A stretch of 64,000 nucleotides of DNA from Lingula anatina (taxonomy: Eukaryota; Animalia; Brachiopoda), in NCBI GenBank assembly GCA_051362555.1, contig CM120643.1, positions 6,572,001 to 6,636,000 on the forward strand, given 5' to 3'. Numbering within the stretch: position 1 is the first letter of the stretch; each line of letters begins with the position of its first letter. The translations under genes and the position numbers were made by a program. The notes below the pieces were generated by a model. That model had not been told where the DNA came from, searched no databases, and saw only the letters and a list, made by a program, of their open reading frames with translations. Positions 13,859 through 26,999 of this stretch are shown piece by piece.

Positions 13859-14392
13859 ATGCCTGGGCAGAAATGCAAGTACTGTAGCCTAAGATTCTCT
13901 CGCTCAAACAGAAGATGACATGAAGCAAGTGCCCACGAGAAATTTAAATGTCATGTCAAGAACTGCGACAGAGCGTATTTAACTGAAGAGGAATTGTTGA
14001 AACACAAGGAGGCCAGACACCAGGAGCCCCTGGTGTTGGCTTTCAATACAGAAGAAGAGACCTCTTTACTTGACTCAAGAAAATCACCCCAGCCTGAGCC
14101 CACAGAGAAAAGAGAAGAGCTCCCAACAAAAGTACTAGTAAGACCCACACAAGGGGGAAAAGAGATCAGGATGGATATGACCCCCATACCGCCAATTGAG
14201 GGCTGGAGCTCAGAAGATGAGGAAGAACCCTGCATCGCCATACCATCCCTTCCCTCCCCCATATCAATAGAGGAGGGAATTGCCAAATTGTACGCTCGGG
14301 TCAGGAAATATTCGGAGAAAGAAGTAATTAACCCAGATGGCAAGGAAAAGATAACCAGAAATCTCAACATTGGGTCAACCTTAACCTTATAA
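13859..14392 (+). pseudogene. C2H2 zinc-finger ORF with acidic tail, one internal stop
   Basis: MPGQKCKYCSLRFSRSNRR*HEASAH and KCHVKNCDRAYLTEEELLKHKEARH; the TGA is consistent with CGA decay; in frame with ORF 13994-14392. Confidence 0.7.
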
Positions 14393-14484
14393 CCTTGATA
14401 ATTGTTTTAATTAAATCATTATCTCACTAGAGAGGTATGCATAGGGGTAATTACCCCTCATAAAACGCTTGTTTTACCCCTTTT

Positions 14485-15006
14485 TCATTAAAATTAATTT
14501 TGTGAAAAAAGCGGTCGTCAGTTTTTTTTAACTTTCCAGATTTGATGTTCAGGTTATCTTTAAGAAAAAGAAAAAACATAGGGGCACCAGCCTTACTTTA
14601 TGGCAAATGGACAAAATTTTACTCAAGGTTGAAGAAAAAGCTTGAAAAAGCCAAAAATGCCTGTTTTTCTGGCAATTTAAGTTAGCTGTGAGAAAAAATT
14701 AGACTGGTGACCCTTTGTTTTTGTTTTCTTAAAATTATCTTAACTACCTGAGCATCAAACTGGAAAGTTTAAAAGAATCTGACGACCCATAGGCGGAAAC
14801 AGGGGGGGTCCCGGGGTCTGGACCCCCCCTTTCGTCCGAAATTACCTTTTTTTTGTAGGTAATTTTCCTAATTTCGGGGGGTTGGACCCCCCCCTTGTCA
14901 GATCTGAGGACCTTTTTTAGGAAGTCACACTGATGTTCAAAGGTTGGACCCCCCCTTTCCAGAATCCTGTGTATGCGACCGCTTTTTTCACAATGTTAAT
15001 TTTAAT
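14485..15006. mobile_element. long-arm inverted-repeat MITE carrying a nested insertion
   Basis: cattaaaattaattttgtgaaaaaagcggtcgtcag versus ctgacgacc[insert]gcttttttcacaatgttaattttaatg; inner arms also pair. Confidence 0.7.
14788..14975. mobile_element. MITE (CATAGGCG...TATG termini) with 5-bp TSD CGACC
   Basis: cgacc at 14783-14787 and 14976-14980; the opposite arm of the host element shows the empty site. Confidence 0.8.
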
Positions 15007-15699
15007 GAAAAAGCGGCCATCTTGTCATGTTTGTCTCTGCATGCAGAATCCGGCCGTGAATATTTGTCCTTTATGATTTTGGGGCAGCTTATAGATTTAT
15101 AATTTCATAATTTTGTCAGGAACCAAGGGTATTACAATAAGTGGGCTCAACTGTATCATAATGGTTAGTTGTAAAATATCAATCACATTATAATAGTTAT
15201 GTGAAAAAGGAATTTTGTAACCTTTTGTACAATTGCAGAATGTCTCCTGAGAAATTTCAAGACTTCCGAAAAAGAAGTTGACAGCCTGATGGCCAAACAA
15301 CTTCAGTTTGCTCCATACCGGACTGGAGGTGGAAAGGAAAAAAGCGGCCGGGGATCTTCAGACTAATAATTATGATACTCAGAATGCACTGTGTGTCAGA
15401 TCTATGTTTACTAGCTGTTTCTATAGGTATTTATTAAGGTATACATGGAAGTCAATCAAGTGTGTACATGATTAGTGTAGACTAGGGCTCTAGAGTGATG
15501 CCAATTGGCAGTGTGTGACACCTGCATTATAGAGGGTGACAAAACAATGTAATCACAATTGATATTGACATGTATACATGGGGGTTACAACATAAAGAGA
15601 TTATAAGAATAGGTAAATGACACGATTCAAGTAGTTTGCAGTTAACAATCAGTAGAAATGTATAAGATATCAACTAAGACTTTATCATATCCAATTTCA

Positions 15700-16392
15700 A
15701 ATGATAGCAAGTGTACAGTGGAAATGGACTCAAACTGCTGATATATTTTCCAGAAAGTGATAAGAGATGAAAACTGAAACGACATTAACCTGCCATACCC
15801 ACTACACAGCAGACCTAAGCACCCGTACAAGACCCATGTATGGACAGGTTAGATACTACAGTGAAATATTTAATACTGATGTGAAAAATATGTTTACTTC
15901 ACTTGTAGAAATGTGATGAATTAAAATTTAACATGCACATTGTGTATGTAACAGTCCTGGTATGAAATCTAAATAGCCAAGACTGTGAGAACTAGGCTTT
16001 TAATATAAGAGTACATGTACATGTTAACTAATGGACTGATATTATCTATTTCAGGCATTTTGCAAAAAGGGGCAACACCAATAGTTACATTCATTGGTGC
16101 AATGAACAGTGAAGTGGACCAGGACATTCACTGGCACAATGAACAGTGAAGTGTACCAGGGCATTCACTGGCACAATGAACAGTGAAGTGGACCAGGACA
16201 TTCACTGGCACAATGAACAGTGAAGTGGACCAGGACATACAGTGGCACAATGAACAGTGAAGTGGACCAGGACATTCAGTGGCACAATGAACAGTGAAGT
16301 GGACCAGGGCATTCACTGGCACAATGAACAGTGAAGTGGACCAGGACATTCACTGACACAATGAACAGTGAAGTGTACCAGGACATTCTTTA
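15700..16392 (+). pseudogene. intron-containing IS630/Tc1-like DDE transposase fragment
   Basis: KCTVEMD...RPKHPYKTHVWT, GT-AG intron 15848-16054, then GILQKGATPIVTFIGAMNSEV(Y)QDIL. Confidence 0.7.
16096..16388. repeat. 37-bp minisatellite, about 8 copies
   Basis: unit ggcacaatgaacagtgaagtggaccaggacattcact; starts at 16133 and 16170 give period 37. Confidence 0.95.
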
Positions 16393-17294
16393 TGATTGAA
16401 GATTCCACTTCTGCAAGAAAGGTAAGCAGCAATCAGCAGTTTTAAAACAGAGTCAATCAGTATTATCGTATATCAATTTCTGTTGAGATGTGTGTGTACC
16501 ATTTTATTTTCTTAATCACAGTGCATTTCATTTTTTTAGTGAGCTGTAGGGATTGGAGAAAACAATGGAGGGTTCTTTGTGCCTATCTCTGCCAGAAAGG
16601 GAAGTTTGGCGTAGTCAAACGTTTATTTATGGCGACGGTCTAATACTTCACAAATTTGCCTGTAGCCTCGGATTCGATGCTACACAATTTCTCAACATTT
16701 TGTTTTAGCCTCAGATTCAATGCTGCATCTATCGTTATCAGACTCCTCGTCCAATCGCGGACGTTTATTATGGCACAATTTGTCAGCATTTTGCTTTAGC
16801 CTCGGATTTAATGCTGCATTTATTTTGATCAGACACCCTGTCCAATCACGGACGGGGGTTTCACTTAGGTTCGCATCTCAGCGTTTAACCAAACGAGCGC
16901 TACTATTCCTTCTCACTCTGCTTTATGCAAGATTCTGTATAGTGTATACAATTGTCAGAATAACTTTCCATTCGCCATTTTCAAATTTTTTGTGTTACCA
17001 GTTACGGATTCAGCAGATACATTAGGTTGGGACTTCTTGCGATCCTGCTGATAGATCGACGCATCACTGGCTTTCTCAGGAACAGACCTCTGATCTGCTA
17101 CAAGTAAGTTTTCTTCTTTATTTGATTCATTGAATTTGCGACTTATAGTACTATGCATTTTCCTGACCTTTTCATTGCCACGAACCATCATCGGATCTTT
17201 GACCTTTTCAAGACTAAGTACCAATTCCCTTCATTCAGTTTTGACCTTTTAGGGCCCGATGCCTCTACACCAGCTAGAGGCTTTTTGTCTGTAG

Positions 17295-17390
17295 ATTTGA
17301 TAAGAATGCCAAATGGAGACTAGCATATCCAGATGGAAGTAAAGTTATGGAACTCCCAGATAAATCTGCACCCTTTAATTTAAAAGCTTA
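17295..17390 (+). pseudogene. short exon fragment resembling the N-terminal region of G2E3-like/HECT transposon-associated genes
   Basis: after tgtag acceptor: FDKNAKWRLAYPDGSKVMELPDKSAPFNLKAY; recognition from memory of a YPDG..V..LP....F.L..Y motif. Confidence 0.4.
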
Positions 17391-17563
17391 CAATTGCAGG
17401 CTCCTGAAATACTTGCAGCATGAGACCCGAGGGAATATGACCCCCTCCCAGCATCAGATAACACCTGCAACTGCCTGGATGCAATAGCAGGACTGAGGGT
17501 GGAATTAATGGAAAAAAATTGACAATGTTATGGAAATGCTAAAGACAGTTCAGTCACAGACTG

Positions 17564-20107
17564 CAGGGTTCTCCCCAGGATTTGAAAATAGCCCTTATTT
17601 TTTTTATGCGAGAGTACCGAAGCTCGCAAAGTGAGGCACAAAGGGGGGGGGGGGGGGGTCCGGGGATGTGCCCTCCGGAGGAAAAACTTTCATTATTTCA
17701 TGCAAAAAGGGTGCAATTTCATGCAATCTGAAGCTGTCATTAAATCGTTACAACATAGCCCACTTGCAGGACCAAATTTTGCGGGAAAATCAGGGCTAGA
17801 CACTAACTTCTATGAGCACCTGTCAGAATTTCAATCCAATCTGTCCAACAAAACTAATATTTTTTTTTCTATTCATACCATTGAACTTTGTAAATAAATA
17901 TGTGTAGTCATACAATTAATGCATTTATTGCCAAGACATTCAATTAAGTGAGCCGGAAAATGCACCTTAAAGTGAATTTATTTTCAGATAAAAAGTTGTT
18001 TTTTCATACTTGTGAACTCCTGAAGATTTAATCTTGCATATAAGTCTGATTTAACATTATAAGTTTCAATCAGGGCTTCTCCTAGGATTTTGGGTACAGG
18101 GTCTACTAATTGTAAATCTGCAATTTGATAACAAATTCACATGAAGTTTAACCAAAGCAAAAAATAAACACCCTGAGCGGCAGGTGGGGAGGGGGTACTG
18201 TTAGATTAATTTTATTAAAATATTCGAAATGAAAAATTAAAGAATATTCATCTTATAATACTTTACTTATATTAATGTTAACAATTCAACTTTTTAGGGG
18301 TTATCATGTGTTTGATTTTCTTAAATATATGAGTTAAATAAAATCAGTATAAAAAAGTTCCCCTTTTTATTTAAATTCTCATATTTGTTATTACTAATTT
18401 CTTCCTTACATCAATATCACACTGGTATATGACAGCAATGATAATTTATCATATTCCAGCACTAAATTTTTAACTGTAAATAATATAGGTGATGATAAAG
18501 TCATTAAAGAAAACATCATACAAAATTTCAGGTTATATTTTGGCAAATAAACAACATTTCAACAAGATCTTCAGTCCCAAAGATTTCACGTTCTACAGTG
18601 AGAAGATAACACACACAACATATTTGATTGACAGGCAGTATGTTGCCTGGACAACGAACTAGATATAGCCAGTTCATCTAGTCCAATCTGGCTTTGTAAC
18701 CTTGACAGTACATGTACTTGTGTTGTTTCTGTAACTACTAATGGTCTTTATCTCTAGAGCACGTAGATTTTTAACCAATAAATATTCAGTAGTGAGCCTG
18801 TTATGTGAATAAATTTTGTCTGATGAAGTTCTGGAGGGTGTTCACTTTCATAATTTAGCAGTAAGTTTGCTCAGACTTCGTTTTGCGACTGCATGTGTTT
18901 TGTGCCAAAAGTAGGTCACTCTTTTCAGTACCGTCTAGGAGGAGACAAAAAGACGTTAGTATGCATCAAAAATGATTTTTAAAAAGATTTTTGCTCCAAA
19001 TTTCTCATAAATCATGACCTGTATGTCGGACAGCCAACCCTGCAACTTCACCTGTCCGAGCTGAATTTTTACCTGTCCCGGTGTGGCGTGATAGACCCGT
19101 GCCGTGACGAAACCGTTCTGCACATGCGCATTGAGGGTAAATAGAAAGAAGTAAATTCCGGTATGACGATGTCGTCCTAAGTAGGCGCTATGTTTGCACT
19201 GAACTATGATCTTTCAATTCATAATTCAGTGGTTTTCGTCATGAGAGAGTATGTATTTGATAATCTTATTACTACAGTATACGGGGGAATGTGGAAGAGA
19301 GCTTTTGATCGTGGCTGAACTGTTTTGCTCTGTGTGAAAAACGTGGTAGATCATAGACTTGAATGTTTTCACTCTACAATGTTCATTCAATTCAGAGTTC
19401 AGTCATCTTCATTAAAAAGAAATTGTGTGTTTGATAATACTACAACCTTCTTTACGGGGAAATGTTGGAAATGCATGTGCAGCTACGTACTTTAAGTCAG
19501 CAGACTGCTACACCTTGCGTGAATAATCCGTCAGAACGGTTTATTCACGACGACGGTTTCTTCACGTGACACCGGACAGGCGCTAATGTATTAAATGGCA
19601 TTGCATCTTTTCTGATATTTTCTCTTGCCGCATGGATACATTTATTTATAAATAATCACGACTGCTACTATTCGTCAGTCAAAATAACATGAAGGATAGA
19701 CTATTTATTATATTGCTCCAAAAAATATAGATAAAGCAAACAAATCTCACAGAATTACATTGATGATGAAACTAATAAGCGGATGTTAATATTCAAAACT
19801 TGTCAGTAGGCAGGTCCCGCGCCCTCAACATGAGATGTTAATACTTGTATTACTGTGCCAGGCAGAATAAAAATAAACAACTTAACGTGCACACAAGAGA
19901 TCCAAGTACGCACACAAGTCGTTTACGTTGCGACTGTCAGGAATAAAGGCATTAAAGGCATTGGTCACACACACACTCTTTAAGGGTATCGGAGTTCAAA
20001 GAATCGTGTCGGCAAAAAAAGAAGCGTATCGGCAAAAAGAGATGCGTATCGGCAAAAAGAGATGCGTATCGGTGCCGATAGGCTATAAAGGCTTGGGGAG
20101 AACCCTG
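17564..20107. mobile_element. non-autonomous DNA transposon with hAT-like termini and 5-bp TSD GACTG
   Basis: cagggttctcccca...tggggagaaccctg; gactg at 17559-17563 and 20108-20112. Confidence 0.85.
19082..19571. mobile_element. Ginger1-type non-autonomous element (TGT...ACA, CCGG TSD), nested
   Basis: ~40-bp imperfect TIRs ending in aaaccgttctg; ccgg at 19078-19081 and 19572-19575. Confidence 0.8.
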
Positions 20108-21396
20108 GACTGCGACCCTACCATCCTCAACACGACTCCCACCAGTGCCACCATGCCTTTAACTCTCCCTTCTCTTCCATGTTTTGCTGTCAATTCACCT
20201 CTTGCTGCCCCTGCCTTACCTCCAGCTCTTCCCCCTCACCCCCTCCCACCCATACCCCTTCATGCCCCAACCCCACCATCTCTTCCAGCCCCTTCCCCCT
20301 CAGCCCCTTCAGCCCCTTACCCCTTCAGCCCCTTGTCCTTCACCATTTCCCTCAGGAGGTTGTGCCTCCTCTCCTTCTGAAGTCCCTACATTTCCTTTAC
20401 CTCCACCCACTACAATTCCTTCAGCTACTTTTCCAGCAACCCCAATCAATTGCTCCCACCCATTATTATTATTCTCCTTTCCTCTATCATATTCCATTCT
20501 CTTCTCATCCTCCATTTGCTACTCATCATCCATTCGCCCCTTATCCTCCATTTACTTCTCAGCTTCCATCCTCTTCTCCTTTTCCATCTTCTGCCTACCC
20601 TGCACCTGTTTCTTTTCCGGCAACCCGTTCTTTTTCACCAGCTCCTCCTATAACTTTAAATCCTTCATTTCCTCAACTATCCAATTTCCATCATTATACC
20701 CTATCGTTCAACACAACCACCCTCATATACACCCTATACCAGACCACAAGCTGTCCCCAGAACACCACACCTGCCATCTATGGAAGAGTTACTAGAACTC
20801 AAAGTACGATCCTCCAGCCCCGGAAACTTCTGTGTCGGTTAATGGGAAAGATTTACTCCAAAAATGAGAGGTCCGATCCCAGGTACAATGTATACAATTC
20901 CCAGGAAAGAAGCAAGAACAATAAAAAGGCAATGTACCCAAATCGTATAAAATTCATTAAGGAAAACGTAACTAAGATGTACCCGCAAAATGCAAAACAA
21001 ACTGGATTTTGGGTGAAGTGTGTGACAGCGATGAACTCTGCCAACCGCTCTTTGCAGTTCTATGAAGCCGATAGTTGATTTATTAGTGAATATCACAAAG
21101 CTGTTCTATGTATTATCCCTCACCCTTTATTTAATTTGACATTTTTTATAAAAAAAAAATAAATAAATAAACTAGTAGACCAATTATCAAGTTCAGCAAC
21201 ATATAATTGTCTTTTCCAGCTATTCAGCATGAAAATGAAATGAAAAAGTGCAATGACACAGTTGAAATTAATTCTTTTCTTAATATTTTTGCCAAGCTGA
21301 AGCCTCATTTAGAGTCCCATCTCCACAAGAAGCAAAACCTTGATTTCATGGTATAATAAATTGTGCATAGCTAAACAATGAGATGGAAAAGAAAAA

Positions 21397-21740
21397 GTGC
21401 ACTACTTCCCTCTATATTTAGGTGAAATAGCAGAGGAGTGGCATCAGCAGTTGCCACAAGAAATTCAACAGAACTATGAACAATTAGAAAGAGCATTCAA
21501 GTCCAGATTCTCTCTGCACCCTCAATCTTATGACAAAATATACCATACAAGCACCACAAGAAAAAGAACTTTAGCTAATCAAGTAAATATACCAGATGCA
21601 ATCTTATATTATACCATCATTACTCCCAGAGATCAGGAAATTTGTTATTCAGAAGCAGACAAACTCAATGCTACAATAGGCAGCTGCATTAGCTGAAGCA
21701 TCATTTATGTCCACAAACCCAAATGACAACAAAATGGATC
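21397..21740 (+). mobile_element. Ty3/Gypsy gag fragment
   Basis: YFPLYLGEIAEEWHQQLPQEIQQNYEQLERAFKSRF. Confidence 0.7.
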
Positions 21741-22029
21741 AAGAAACAACAATAAGAGAAATTATATTAACTGAATATTTAGATAGTTTTAGCTACAACC
21801 AGTGAGAATCGATTTTTGGGGTGTAAATTTTTTGATCTTTTTGCATCACATTAGTCTTTATAAAGACAAACCATTCACTTCTTCCTATGTTACTGTAGTT
21901 TATTTTTTGTAATGTACCTCCTCTTCCAATCCAGATTCCATGCAAGAGCAAATAGTAAAGGTGCCCTATTACACCAGTGCCAACAACTCCATATTTTGGA
22001 CGAAGATACTGAGAGTTAGGATTATGTTA

Positions 22030-22640
22030 CTGCCACTGATACTGGAAAAGCAGATTTTTGTAGAGTCTACCTGATCTGTGCTTCAGCAGACTTGCCTGCA
22101 AAAAGTTTAGTTTTAAACATGATGCAGTTCAATGGTTCTAATAGCTGTCGCATGTGCACACAACCAGGAAATACTGCAAAAACAGGTAAAGGTGGTGCAG
22201 TTCATATATTTCCATATGTGGAGGGAAATGCTAAAGACTCCGGTAGGGAACCAACAATATGTTTGGACAATGCTAAGGAAGCTTTAAAGGCTGGTAAACC
22301 TGTTGAAGGTATAAAGGGTCCTTCCTTTTTGATGGGGTTGAGATTTTACAATATTATTATTATATATTTTCTACCAGCATAGACTACATGCCAGACTGTG
22401 TAAGAAATCTGGTACCACTGTGGGGATATTCCTGTTTCCCATTCGAAAACATTAATGGACAGGTTACAGGATTATACCATGGCGCACAAAATATTGATAC
22501 TCAGATAGTTGCATTAGTAAATATTTTGCAGACTTTGCCTCATCTTATTTGCCTCAAAAGTTTCTCAGAATTACAATGAGATTGTACAGAAGTTAAGTAG
22601 AAAATACAGAAGTGTGCAGGAGGTGTGCAATGAGGAAGAT
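22030..22640 (+). pseudogene. CACTA/EnSpm transposase fragment, internally deleted
   Basis: LICASADLPAKSLVLNMMQFNGSNSCRMC...GIKGPS, then PDCVRNLVPLWGYSCFPFENING...HG. Confidence 0.88.
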
Positions 22641-22758
22641 TTTTGTCGCACACTTCTGCGTGCTCCCCATAGCTGTTAAGTGCACACTCTAAGAGTGTGC
22701 CACACATGTGCAGCATATTTGCAACATGTGCTGCTCACATTTTTATTTTGCTAAGGGT

Positions 22759-22982
22759 ACTGGTCCACTGACTAAATATGGCCGGCCACAGTTCAAAAGC
22801 GATGCCACCGATTCCTGATGGTCTCCCCGACTCCACACGCGCCTTTAAACAGATTAAATCTCTGCTCCGAGGTTTAATTGCAAAGCCCTGCAATGACAGT
22901 GCATGTGGAGGCGGGGAGACCATCAGATATCAGAGGCATCCCTTTTGAACTATGGTCGGCCAAATTTAGTCGGGGGATCAGT
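22759..22982. mobile_element. inverted-repeat MITE
   Basis: gactaaatatggccggccacagttcaaaagcgatgcc versus ggcatcccttttgaactatggtcggccaaatttagtc. Confidence 0.7.
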
Positions 22983-23142
22983 AAGTATTCACATCATCCA
23001 TTCTGAATGGGGCCATATTTGTTGTACAGCTAGAAGCTGCTTTTTGTTGGTCAGTAGTCAACAAACCTGTAGTTAAAAGTATAGATGAGGAATAGACATA
23101 CTGCAGATTTTCTCAACATGATTTGACTTTTTATATTTAAAG

Positions 23143-23303
23143 GTGGGGTGTCCCAAAACGCTTGCTGTCGGATAAAGGACGGGAGTTCATTGCAGCTATC
23201 AATATAGAGATGTGCAAGGCCTTGAACATTACCTGGTCAGTGACCAGTGCCTATCACCCACAGACAAATGGACTGGATGAGAGGACCAACCAAACCCTAA
23301 AGC
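23143..23303 (+). pseudogene. Ginger/GIN-like integrase core exon fragment
   Basis: AG|WGVPKRLLSDKGREF...TSAYHPQTNGLDERTNQTLK; same acceptor position as the exon at 33322. Confidence 0.85.
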
Positions 23304-23734
23304 ACGACTCGGCTGTAGTGTTTTCTGTCACTGCCGAGAGGATCCTGGGGTTCCTGTGCACAGGGGTGGTCACATACGTAAATAAAGATGCCTCCAGATA
23401 TGCACAAGAAAGCTGATATCACGCTCTCTCCTCCACTTGAAGAAAACGTCAAGAAAACTCAAGCCACGCTGTCCCTATTATACACCCACCAAACACAAAA
23501 CGTTCTTACAAAGTGGAGAAATATGGTATATATGTGACATGGGAAATCATCGTTTTAACGTGGTGGATGGTTTCAGTGTAGAAATTTAACCTGTGTACAT
23601 GCCTTATTAGGGTTAAAGGATGGCAGAAAGAATTAGGCTGCCTGCATTGGGTGCAAGAAGCACAGATTATTCTATGTGTGATTAATGGATGAATATTGTG
23701 ACTTAGTTTAAAACTTTCTTTTGATGATACAGAG

Positions 23735-23892
23735 ACAATACCTCAGCGCCATTGGGGGCAGCCATCTAAGAGACTCTATAAGAAGAATGATCCAAAAATT
23801 GGAATCCAACAGATTGTGGGCAAACTTCAGCCTCAAAGGGAGAAAGAGAAAGAAACCATTTAGCAACTTAGCTATTTGTGCAGTAATTATTA
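23735..23892 (+). pseudogene. DUF4806-like exon (CACTA accessory gene C-terminus)
   Basis: YLSAIGGSHLRDSIRRMIQKLESNRLWANFSLKGRKRKKPFSNLAICAVII followed by gtaagt. Confidence 0.75.
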
Positions 23893-24261
23893 GTAAGTGT
23901 TTATTTATAGAATACAAAGCTAAATTTTATGTTCAATGCAGGGTGGCCCAAAGTACAAGGCATGTGTATCAAATAAGGTTAAGAATGAAATTAAGGCCAT
24001 GAGATAAGGATATTATAAAAAATTGTGTACATTTTGTATACGAAGCATATACAATGTATACAATGCTATAAGGGCCATTAAGGAGCCACAGTACCTTAAT
24101 TTATAAATACCTCAATGAAGGAGTAGGTGAGACAGTAATGGGAAATATGTTTTATCAAATTCCATCAAATGCATATTGTATACTTAAAAAAGAATAGATA
24201 ATAGTTTTGGAAGAGGTTATTTGATTACCCCTTTCACTCACTTGAAATAAATATATCTTAG

Positions 24262-24892
24262 GTAGGTGCCCTCACAGAACGTTTATATACTGGTATATTT
24301 GATGTTACTGATGTTGCTGCTAAGACTGCATTATTACCTTTGAATGAAGAGTATGTATCTATTCCATTGCTTTAATTTGTGAAAATTAAATAAATTATTG
24401 TGATCTTGCAAATGTGTTTTGTCATACAGAAGGAATATTTGTACAAATTCAGTTTTTTATTACATGATGATTTGTTTCTCACCAGTACTTAGCATTTATT
24501 TTGTGTGTGTGTTTGTGTAAATGATAAAAAAATAATCTAAATGAAATTGTTATGTAATGAAGTATGAAGCTAAAGGGAAGTACCTTCACTTCACACCGAT
24601 ATTATAAATCTTTCTTACAATCAACTTGTATAAAATGTGCATGTTTTTGGGAACAAACTTATTTTGTAACTGCATTTGATAATTTTAATAGGTTGGCATT
24701 CCATCATGTATGCTGTTGTTCTTTTTGACAAAACAAATGAGGCTGAGGTGGTGCCATCATCATGGATTGATGGCGACAAGTGTTTGTGGCCTGACCATCT
24801 GAAAAGTACAACTGTTACAAAGGCCATTGAGCGTAATGTGTCTCCAACTGCTGATTAGAGGCCATACAGTGTTACAGTATGAAGACAACGAG
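24262..24892 (+). pseudogene. CACTA fragment: last exon of transposase plus first exon of accessory gene
   Basis: ...DVAAKTALLPLNEEYVSIPLL* (24262-24375); MYAVVLFDKTNEAEVVPSSWIDGDKCLWP... (24706-24892, donor gtcagt). Confidence 0.7.
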
Positions 24893-25959
24893 GTCAGTCT
24901 TTAAAAATTGCCAAAATTGTGAGTGAAGTTTATGTTCTAATTTTTATTGGCTTCATATAAATAGAATGAATAGCATCATTTTTTTGCAATCATTCATTAA
25001 TATAGATATAATTGTTGAATGCTAAACCTTCTAAGCTGCATTTGCAGATGACAATCAAAAGGCATGCCTGAAGTGTAGAAATTGGGGGCATCATGCACTG
25101 CGACCAAGCACAAGATTTTCGATTCCATAACCCCCATATGGGGCAAGTATGGGCAAGTTATGAAATCAGCTTGTCTCAGGGTACGGCTTGTTATCTACTC
25201 AAACTTATGTGGAAATTTTCACTCCATGTACTAGTAGTCAGCCATATTTATTCCTGCCATGAGGTAGCTGCTACATGCTTACATAAGATGGGTACACAGA
25301 TAGTGTATCTTTTGTATAAAAAGAACAACTCCAAAGAAAAAAAAATGTAGGTCTTTGAAAGGAAAGCAGAGGTAAGAGTTAGTAAAATATTTTCAGTTGC
25401 AGGCAGAAAAAGTAAATTAACTTTCATGTAATACACGCTATCAAAAAATGAAAAATATGGTGTCCAAATGTATTGAGTATATTCTATTTCTATTCTTATT
25501 TTTTAGGATTAAGAAAGATAAAAATGTAAAATGTTCTTCAGATATTCAAAGTTATTTTAATTAAGATAATAGCAGATGTACATTGGGTGGCCCCTAATTT
25601 TTATAGACCCTCAAAGGGTGGGCCTGACTCACAATTAATGCCACAGATCACTGACCAAATAGGATGAAAAACTGGAAGATTCTTCTGTTTCTTTCATGTG
25701 TAACAGTTGCTTGGCTATCTCTAACACCATTTCACCACATTCACTGAGGGTATTGATTTGGTCACTGATCTACTTGACACAGAAGCCATTCAAAGCATTT
25801 TGGCGAAAATAAATAAATAAATAAATAATACAGTGAGATAACAAATAGTGCTGGTGTGGAAGGTAAAGTCATAAGTAACAAAACTAGGGTGTGTGTGATG
25901 GCACCTTTTATTTTACTTTTTATGCAAAATAGACATTAAAAGGGGGTATTTAGACAACA

Positions 25960-26125
25960 ATTTTAGTTGTACAAGTTGGTGGTCAGAATTGTGGTCTATT
26001 TGCCATTGCAACAGCTGTGTGTTTAGAGAACAAGGTTGACCTGTATGACATTGTTTTCAGTCAAAAGCAGATGAGAAGACACTTGTATGAGTTTTTGTAG
26101 GGGGAAACTGGTAATGTTTCCATGT
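25960..26125 (+). pseudogene. Ulp1/C48-like protease C-terminal fragment, as carried by Ginger1-type elements
   Basis: QVGGQNCGLFAIATAVCL...FSQKQMRRHL...KLVMFP (Q...[DN]CGLFAIA catalytic Cys motif). Confidence 0.7.
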
Positions 26126-26999
26126 GAGATTAAGACCCAATCAGTAAAAGTGACATATATAACTATATCAAAAAAGTAGTTTGTTACGTTATAATGTGTT
26201 ACGTTATAATGTGATTGTGGTATCTCGTGACTTTTTGACCAATAAGAACATTGCAAATTGCACACTCCAGAAGAGGAAAAAAGGTCAAGGTCAAGTGAAC
26301 GCAACAGAAGCGTTTTCTCCGCAGCATGGCGATACATGTACTGATGACCGGGGCTGATGAATGGTGCGAGATTTGTCATTGATCTACGATTCAAACATGA
26401 GAAATATTCTGGGAAAAGGACCCGTGTACAACATGTATGGATTCCCAATGGAGAGAGGTATTTTGTATGTGACTGAATGACGTACTCCTCCGAATCCGTC
26501 GATGCATAACTATAGCGGTGTCAGTGTGACTTGGATTTTCATGAGAAACTGTGCCGCAGGAGAATGTTATTGAGGTGAACAATAATTTGTTTGACAATGT
26601 GGATGTATTTAACTTTAAAGCGAGGAGGAGGATGTGGCGATAGGCCTGACTGCCCAAGGTGGCATTTATTGACATACATGTGTGCACCATCCATCAACTT
26701 CAAGACATTATAATCATTCATGTACAAATGACTTTTAAGATTAACTGTAATATTGTTTATTCTTGTTTAGCTTGTTATATTATGTTCTAGTTCTGAAAAT
26801 TGTTAAAATTGTGTTAATCATAGCTTAGTAATATAGTAAAATTGTCCAAGAACATTGCTTTATGTTATGAGAATCTGTCCGTAACAAGTTTTACAATCAC
26901 TACATGGTTTTAAAATAAAATAAAATAAATACAGGTGGACCTCTAAACAACTTATCTTAGGACCTAATCTAATATTTTGGCATTTATTTTAAGACAAGT

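Larger units (their letters stand above)
17395..21078 (+). pseudogene. BEN-domain gene (coiled coil, Pro-rich linker, BEN) split by a 2.5-kb insertion
   Basis: CLDAIAGLRVELMEK..NVMEMLKTVQSQT continues in frame after the insertion (ATLPSSTRLPP); C-terminus SSPGNFCV/LMGKIYSKNERSDPRYNV...PNRIKFIKENVTKMYP...WVKCVTAMNSANR; several frameshifts. Confidence 0.7.

Noticed and set aside
16096-16388. 37-bp repeats as a CRISPR array
   Set aside because: Units are contiguous with no unique spacers, the context is eukaryotic, there are no cas genes, and the unit derives from a transposase exon.
16600-17240. minus-strand gag-like ORF remnant
   Set aside because: Charged and protein-like, but no diagnostic motif recognised; kept only as a possible exception to the strand bias.
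19928-20795. overlapping Pro/Ser/Leu-rich ORFs as separate genes
   Set aside because: They are alternative frames of one C/T-rich low-complexity linker of the frameshifted BEN pseudogene.
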